DNA of 59,512 nt from Cercozoa sp. M6MM (Eukaryota; Protista; Endomyxa: Ascetosporea). Shown in pieces: positions 51,963-59,512 of the stretch. The translations under genes were made by a program, and so were the position numbers. The stretch is taken from the NCBI GenBank assembly GCA_040357565.1, contig JBDODJ010000069.1; one strand, written 5' to 3'. Position 1 is the stretch's first letter. Every line of letters starts with the position of its first letter. Below the pieces are notes generated by a model. It was given only the letters and a program-made list of their open reading frames with translations, was not told the DNA's origin and ran no database searches.

Positions 51963-53771
51963 ATGGACTGGCAAGTTGTGTGGTTTCCGCCTAGTGGACC
52001 TAAGGTCACGAGCGATGCTGGTGCATTTCTTGGCACAGTGGTCATCACGATGGTGCCTGACCTGTCCGCGCGCTTACGATTGACTCGCTTGGCGGAGCAA
52101 CTGCACGCGCACGCAGAGGAAGAAGCGGCCGTATTTCTACGACGGGCGAGTCTTCTCGGTGCAGTGGAGCACGCTTGCATCGTCGCAGGCAAGCTTGACG
52201 ACGCGTCGGGTGTGTTTGAATCTGCAGTCAGTTGTTATTATTGCTCTATCGTTTTGATGGTCAGTCGGAGAAGAGTTCGCGCGACTGATGAACGAAGCAC
52301 TGCGAAAGACGGTGGAACGAGCGGCATTGTGTCCTGACTCGGGAGGGGTGGCAGGAACTCCGTTCCGACCCATGTTCGCCAAGCGGCGCCGGCTGTCCGG
52401 CGGCCGTGTCGAGCGAACCGTGACTGTCTTTGGAGGCAGCGCTGACATCACCTACAACAGAGCAGAGGACCGAGAGTTCTTTGTGCGAAACGATGCGCTC
52501 GAGCAGTTGCACTGTGTGCTGGGTTGTCAAGACAGTCCAGTTCAAGATGAGTCCAGTGTAGACGTTGTTGCCTTCGATGTGACCACTCGGCGGCTTCGCT
52601 TTGTGCTGCGCGATCCGAGCGACTCGAGCGATGAAAGCTTCGAGATGTGTCTGTCGCCGTCGGGAGAGGACTCGAGTGTCACGTTGCTTCGCTCTTCACT
52701 TCCGGTCACCGAGTCGAGTGTCACGCCTCCTGCACGCTTCGCTTCCTTCCCGGCATTACTGTACCTTGCCTTTTACCTGCATCTTGACTCCCTCCCCCGA
52801 TTTACTTCCTCATGTGCACAGAACTGCGTTAAGACAATCGGTGAAGCTAAGCGAGGCAGTTCGAAAAGAACTCGCTGATCTTGACTCGCACTGTACGGTG
52901 CTGTCGCTCACTGCGCCAAGACAGCGATGCAGCAGTACCCGTCGCATTGTAGTTTTGCGAGAGGATCTGTACGCCGACATTCGATTGAGTGTACGCGAAC
53001 CACGCTGTCTGCCTGTCGTCGGATTCGGTACTCTCTGTGGTATCTTTCTTTGAAGAGTACTGCTGTCTTATTGCTGTGAAGGCATCGCCTTCAGCGGCAC
53101 GGCACGCGCTGTTCGCGAGGCCACTCATCAATTTAAAGAACAAAAGCACCTGTGGCAGATCTCTCTTCCTGTGCGACAGAATCTTGAAACTGTTTTACAA
53201 GTACGTTTGCTGCATGTTGTTGTTGTTTTATGTTGCTAAACTTTTCGTTCCAGTTATCGATACCGGCGAATGATTCCACTTTGCTTGAAGCAACAAAGCG
53301 TGAATGCGGGTGCTTTCTCTTTCTAAGTTTTCGTGACATGTGCGTATCACTTTGTGCACAGCATCTGTCACGAGTTTCTACTCGAAGGTGCTTCTGTCTT
53401 GGTTGCGAGAAGGACTGTACATGACAATTTCTGGTCTGTGCAGGCTCCGTCCCGACCGTGTTTTGTGCGTGCTCGGCGCATTTTCACGCCGAGTGTTTGC
53501 GCGAGTGGTTTCTCCAATCACAGCGCCGAGGAATTGGCGCCAACGCTTTTTTGGACAGTACAGAGATCCGCAAGCAAACTATCTTTTACAATATGTCATA
53601 CATGTCTGTGCAGACACGGCGCGCATCCACGTCATCCAAGTTGCGTCCGCCATGCGTTTGGTCATGCATACTGCTGAGGGCAGCGACTTGTGCGGTTCGT
53701 GTCCATGGTGCCGTCAAACTTGTACACTCCCGGAGTCTCGCGACGCGATCGCTACTCCTAAGCTGAAGTAA
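51963..53771 (+). CDS. FANCL: E3 ubiquitin ligase FANCL-like
   Basis: DRWD-like ELADLDSHCTVLS..PRQR.STRRIVV...REPRCLP. RING C.ICHEFLLEG...VFCACSAHFHAECLREWF...GSCPWC with FANCL spacing. Confidence 0.75.
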
Positions 53772-53832
53772 CGTAGCGATGTTGGCACCGTGACACGCGA
53801 CGCGTATGCACGAAGCGCACGCTAGTGGCACG

Positions 53833-53870
53833 ACATAGTTGGTTTCTTAGTACAGTAGACTAAATACTGT
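53833..53870 (+). mobile_element. Retroelement 3'-end family, copy E (opposite orientation)
   Basis: acatagttggtttcttagta..gtagactaa is the reverse complement of the copy A core (tagtctac..tactaagaaaccaactatgt). Confidence 0.55.
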
Positions 53871-53911
53871 GCAGTATCTGCCGGTGGCTCTTAGGTAATA
53901 CAAATGTCAAG

Positions 53912-56174
53912 TCAATAGTCAGGGGATGGCTCGACGAGAATCTGCATCTTTGCCGCAGCCTCATTTCTTGTGGAAAGCCGAGATTTATGGCCCATTGAAG
54001 CATAGTTCGTTCCGGTATGTTCAGTGTCGTCGTTACTGGTCGACAGCTCTTTGTAAAACGGCCCGGTGGACAACGTGCCAACACTCAGCTGCGCCGTGCC
54101 TTGCGAGTCTTCTTCGTCGAGTGCATCTGAGACACACACACACACACAAGAAGGATAGTGTGTCCATGGGCAGTTCAAGCATGCTCTACCAACGGCTTCT
54201 TGATGACCGCCACCCCGTAAATGACTGATTGAGCTCGACGCCTCTTTCATCTCCTCCTCCAACTCTGCAACTGCCAGGTACTTTGGGTGCAAAGCTGAGA
54301 GTGCGAAGGGATGCACCTTTTCGGCGTCGACGTGCTACACTACTCTCGGCTTCAACAAACTCCTCAAAGGCACTGCGCTCTTCCAGCCGTTGTCTCCGAG
54401 TAGGCAGTGGTATTTCGTCGTGCGGCTGACCAAGTACACGCGACACTTGCCTCCGGCGCCGAGTCATTGTGACACCTGCCGTCAGCATTCCGATCAAGCA
54501 GCAGAGCAGCAATAGAACTACGAATTTCGACAGCAGATAAAACATCCATAGTGCCGCCTTCAACGATCAGAATCAAGTGCGGTTCAGTTGTCGGAGGAGA
54601 ACTGAAGACCTACCAAGAAGCCAGAACCACCGCTTGCCAAATGTTCGACGTAGACGTGCTGCCATAGAAGCCTTTGGGCCTGTTTTAATGCCAATTGCTG
54701 TTTCAGCAGGTGTTCGCGCTGTTTCGACGCCTGTTGCTGGTGTGGGACCAACAACTGCAGCAGTTTCTTCACTCGAAGTCACATCTTTGGTCGCACCTCT
54801 CTCGGTCTGTTTCGCGCTTTGAGCGGCTTGTTTCTCACTCTCAACAGAACTCGTAGGGCGCTGGAGAACACTTTGCGCTGGCACAGGTGCTTCGCGCGTG
54901 TGGTAGCCAAGGTGCGTTGCGGGAGTTGGTTCTGCATCCACACCTACGGATGGCGCTTCACTCGAAAGCTGCTCCTGCCTCTTTGGTGTACTTGAAATAG
55001 GCACCGCTGCTTCGCTTGTTCCATATCCTTTCGGAGAGCCGATGAGTGTCATCCCACTTCTTGCTTCGTCTAGAGCAAATATTCAGCTTGACTTTTTCAG
55101 TTTTGCGTGAAAATCAAACTTATCGATACCAGCAAGTGAAAAGCATGCAAACAGTAGCAGCGCATGTGCAATTAATCGCATCTGCATGGCGCGTTATGAC
55201 GCCAGTCATAAAGAAAAGCTCAGCATCAAGACTTGTTCACTCTGTTGGCATGCGCGTGTTCGGACTTAACCTTGGTGTGAGTTAAATTTACTATTGACGG
55301 AAACCGAAAATCTCACGATCATCACTGGCAATTAAACTTCACTCACAGCGTGCTAGAAAGGCGGTGTTCAACTACGACTAAATTTAAATCGGTGTCACTG
55401 ACGCCTGTTTGCGAAGTCAATTTTACTACGCTACGTTTTCTGATTTGAACTCATTTCCGTTCAGCTTTAGTATTTGGCGCACGGCGTCGGTGCCAATGCA
55501 CACCCAGAAGGATGTGCCCTTAGCGTGAACTCTTCTTTCTGGTCCTTTTCTTTTTCCGAGTAAGCGTTTCAAGTACGCGAATAGGTGCACGCAAAGCTTC
55601 GTCTGGCACGCGCTCTTCCGCAAACAGGCAAACTTACACTAATTTACAGAACGGATAGTTGAGGGAAACTGAACCGTCAAATTTCGATTGATAGGACGTC
55701 AGTTGCCGTTGCAATCGGTGCTCTGCGGGCACTTCATCGTCAGGCAGTTCTGAAAGGTTGGTGTAACAGATTATTTTTTTTTGTCCTGCAGTTTACCATC
55801 CGTACAGTTAAAAAAAAAAAGACGTGTACCTTCGTCAGCTTCTGCCTCGCCTTCTACGCGTGACTCAATATCACCAGGAGACGTTTTTTGTGCTAAATTT
55901 GGCACAGACAGTGCGAGTACGGCTATCAACGGAACCACGGTAAACTCACCAGAGCTGGCGACGACGATCATTCTGTTGCTCTGCATGAGTGCCCGTTGAA
56001 CTGTCGCTGCGTATGGAGGCTTTCGTTCACTATAGGGAATCGTTTGGTTGAGCAACCTGCCATCGCACCAGTGAAAATACAGGAGGTAAACAACACTGTA
56101 ACAAATGCGGCGAATCTACCTACGTTCGTCGCGTTGTCGCAGACGCATCTCCGTTTGCAGGATTTCGCTCTCAT
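53912..56174 (-). CDS. Hypothetical type I membrane protein (signal-like N-terminus, S/T/P/A-rich stalk, TM, cytosolic tail)
   Basis: FAAFVTVLFTSCIFTGAMA at the N-terminus; low-complexity exon 54610-55050; TM KFVVLLLLCCLIGMLTAGVTM followed by RRRR stop-transfer. Confidence 0.55.
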
Positions 56175-56217
56175 TTCGCTCAAGTCCTTGTGCTAAAAAT
56201 AGCACAGCGGACTCGAA

Positions 56218-59200
56218 CTAAATGCTAAGGCTCTGGGTTTGTTGAAATAGATTCTGCGCACCATCACGCTTGGCTTGCTCCTTGGTGAACCAGAAGGGAC
56301 GCGGGTTCGAGTCTTCTTCTTCCTCACTACCTTGCTGTGGGACACAGTGGAATCAAATCAACCGAGATGTGAGGTATGCATGGTGTAACGAACATCTCGT
56401 CTGTACATCCGCAGAGGCCACGAGCTAGGTGCTTGACCAAACTGGCATAACACCGTGCCTATGTGTGCCGTGGTATGAACGTATCCCACCAAAAAACAGA
56501 AACTAATGGGAAAGCAGTAAACTTATATCTTCTACCTCCAACAGAGACAGCACAGACCTCGCTCCTAGAGCTCGTGACTATGAAGCAGTTCGCGCTCTTT
56601 GCCCAAGTGATATCCTAAAGGAGGTGGGGTTAGCCATGCATCACAGCTAAAATGAAGGTGTGTGTTGTGAGGTACTTGCACTGCAGAAGCAGAGTCGACT
56701 TCAATAGCATCGTCGCTACTCTCGTCACTGGCCAAGCAAAACGGCTCCATTTCGTTGACTCGGTCGCCGATTGAATCGATCTCGCGAACACGCTGCGCAG
56801 AGGAAAATGTCTGACGAAGATCGGATGCTAGAAGGCAGTACACGATTACCTTTTTAGATATCTCATTCTGCATGAGGTTGCGCACGACAACACGAAGTTG
56901 CGTAACGTCAAAAAACGTCAGTTGTGTTCCTGCATCATTTGCAGATGGTCAAGAGCAACAATTCCCTGGAGATAGTGCTAAGAACCTCCGTTTGAAACGG
57001 CAAGTCTCGCTCGGTACTCCTGTATTCAAATTTAAAACTTAAATTCATATTCACTCAATCAAACCTGCTATGTTTAGACCGTGACGAGTTCAGGAGACAA
57101 AAAGAGCAACCCCCTGTGCGTCAGTGTCCTCGGCGCACTCGAGAATGTGCGCATCTACCACAAAACATATGAGTACTCAAACAGAGTGAAATAAAAGAGA
57201 GTCGCTAGATCGAATTTGCTACTAAATTTACCTTGGAAGACGGGTAGCGACGTGAGAGCAAGTAGTCGCAGTTGTGCTGCATGCACGAGTGCCGCATGGC
57301 CACTAGACAGTGCGACAATGATCACACTCGCTTCGTCGCTTGCGATGCGCAGAAAGCCGAGTGACAGCGGACATCTAATGTAGTACGTACGAAATATGAA
57401 TGAAAATGAACAAAGCTGATCAAGTATTTTTACGCAGGCAAGAAGAGACGTCTCTCCAGCTTTCCACTTTCACATGACCAGCTGAGTAGGACACCCGCCT
57501 CATCGACTTCGGCACTGCGTAGCTCACCATGTGCCGTCAGTAAAAAGGACTGCTTACTTAGCACTGCAAGGATGCATCGACTTCAGTTCATTTTCGATGA
57601 TTCAAAAGAGGCCGAGCCTACCAGCACGCACAGGAAAGGGTGACTTTTCGTCTTGGCACAAGAGCGTGTTGCGGTCATCCTGTCGCACTTTTACATGCAG
57701 TTGTCTACCTCAAAGTAGTGTGAGAAACCCACCTGCTTCTGGCGAGCAGACAGTTCTGCTGCAGGGTCGGGCAGTCGCAAGAAGTGTGCCGAAGTCCCTC
57801 GTGAGGCCAGTAGAACTGAGTTGAACGAATGCGGCACATGCATGACCAGTGAAATACTTGGCAATGTCTTCTGTGTCGCACCTGCCACTCAACAACTCAA
57901 GTGAAATGACCAATCCTAAGATGTAGCAGCTGTACCCTTTCGCTTGTTGCGACAACTAACGTATGAGTGCATGAGGGCGCCGTTATTAAAGTTATACACA
58001 CGTAGGCACCCGCGTACATCGCAAGTGAGCAAACGGCGGCCGTTCGCATCCAAGCATGCTGTCTGCACACACCCAACGTAAAAGAGTATGAGGGCAGACA
58101 GTTGAAGAATACAGTTAAAGCAGCCCCGTGAGTTGTGCGAAATTCAAAGGTCCGGCGACCCGTCCAAAGGTTCCACAGTGTCACTCTCTAAGTTCAACAT
58201 TTAATTTTACACCAAGCGCAGAGCAAATTGAAAAATAAAGTTATCGACAGGTACCTCATCGGCAGTGACTGTCAGCACAGTCGCGAATTGCTTTGAAAAC
58301 AGTGTTGCCACTAACGCCGTGTGCGACACCACGGTGCGCTGCTTGCGGCGCTGCGAACTCGACACACATGAGTCGCACAGTTAACATTTACTGTTTCAAA
58401 CAGACACACACACACACACACAAGAATACCTTGGCGTCACTGCAGCCAGTCTTATGCGCAAAATCTTCGCGTATGCGCACCGCACGGACGGGTCGCTCGA
58501 TGGTCCAGGCGCGGATCCTGCCACCTGCAGCACCTTTAGTTTATACCAAGGGAAACATCAAGGGCGAGAAAGAGTGACCGGCAGTGAGAAAACGACTGCG
58601 CTTGCGATCATAGCATGCAGCCGTCAGGTGTTCATCGCCTTTTCGTGTGTGCTCAAGAATGACAATGCCGGATCTTTCGTAAGGATATGGTACCCGGGTT
58701 GCACTCGCTCGTTTGCAGCAGTTTCCATGTGCGTAGGTCCCAAACTCGCACCTTGCCGTCGGCGTAGGCAGCGCTGATCTGATGCGACGTGTCGTGAGTT
58801 GCAACAGCCACGGGCATGACAGGTGGTGTTCCTTGCAGCGTACCTACACAGCTTAGGGTTTTAGCGTATGAGCAACTCAATAGATTGGCAGTTAACACGG
58901 AATCGGTGTACCGATTGTGCGAGGTACGAAGGTATCCCACAGTAGCAACTTGGCATCCAAGGCGGAACTCACGACGACGCGATGTGTTGCGCTGTGTGCT
59001 ATGTGGCACACGCCTCTGTGCATCGAAGTGAAAAAACTGTTCGTATATGTAAACAAGCGCGTACCGTGTATGTCCTACAAAGGTTCGTTGAACGGCAAGT
59101 TCGCGTGCAGTGTCTAGCAGCGCCATGCTACCATCCATCGATGCCGTCAGAACGCTTGTGTTGCCGCTCGTGGTGCCTCTTAAGTGCAACAAACGACGCA

Positions 59201-59463
59201 AAGACTGCGTGTGCACTCTAAAAGACATATTAATAGGAGCAAAGTTAATGATCCACTTAAGCCAAATACTGTACCTCTGATCGGCGAGCCGTTCCTTGCT
59301 AGATACTTCGTAGGCTGACACATGTCCACGTGCGTCACCGCACACGAGCAACTCCACTGGCCCGGTGTCCAAGCTATCGAAGGTGTCTCTGATATCAACT
59401 CCAGACGCGTTGCGGCTGTACAGAGCTGCAACACCCCTCTGGAGCTGCACTAGTTCGATGCAA

Positions 59464-59512
<49 letters not shown>
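56218..59512 (-). CDS. WD40-repeat protein resembling the WDR49/WDR64/EFCAB8 group; 5' end outside the window
   Basis: LVCGDARGHVSAY, VLTASMDG, FVGHTR, ISAAYADGKVRVWDLRTWKLLQT, C-terminal GTVLCQFGQAPSSW. Confidence 0.75.

Noticed and set aside
52284-52310. CTGATGA...GAAA hammerhead-like core
   Set aside because: No stem II pairing, and it lies in a FANCL coding exon.

Overview
Eukaryotic nuclear DNA, most likely from a unicellular eukaryote (inference). It is gene-dense and extremely intron-rich, with mostly 50-120 nt GT-AG introns, so the supplied ORF track is largely artefactual and I rebuilt genes by hand-splicing. Recognisable genes: 3' part of a class C (GABA-B-like) GPCR, BRI3-like protein, MCM7, an SDR oxidoreductase, an OSBP-related protein, NAE1/APPBP1, an SLC38/AAAP amino-acid transporter, HPRT, a Frizzled/Smoothened-like 7TM receptor, a zf-4CXXC_R1 (CDCA7-type finger) protein, a Spinster-like MFS transporter, a small ubiquitin-fold protein, an RGS protein, an M1 aminopeptidase, FANCL and the 3' part of a WD40 gene, plus several orphans. 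The most unusual signals are: (i) 5' splice sites reduced to GT(A/G)C with almost no +5G, and TTAC-poly(C) 3' regions in many introns; (ii) a dispersed non-LTR retroelement 3'-end family found only just downstream of gene ends; (iii) a G-protein toolkit including a CRD-bearing Frizzled/Smoothened-like receptor. I cannot establish a new biological system from the sequence alone; the splice-signal grammar is the best candidate. Starts of orphan genes are approximate.
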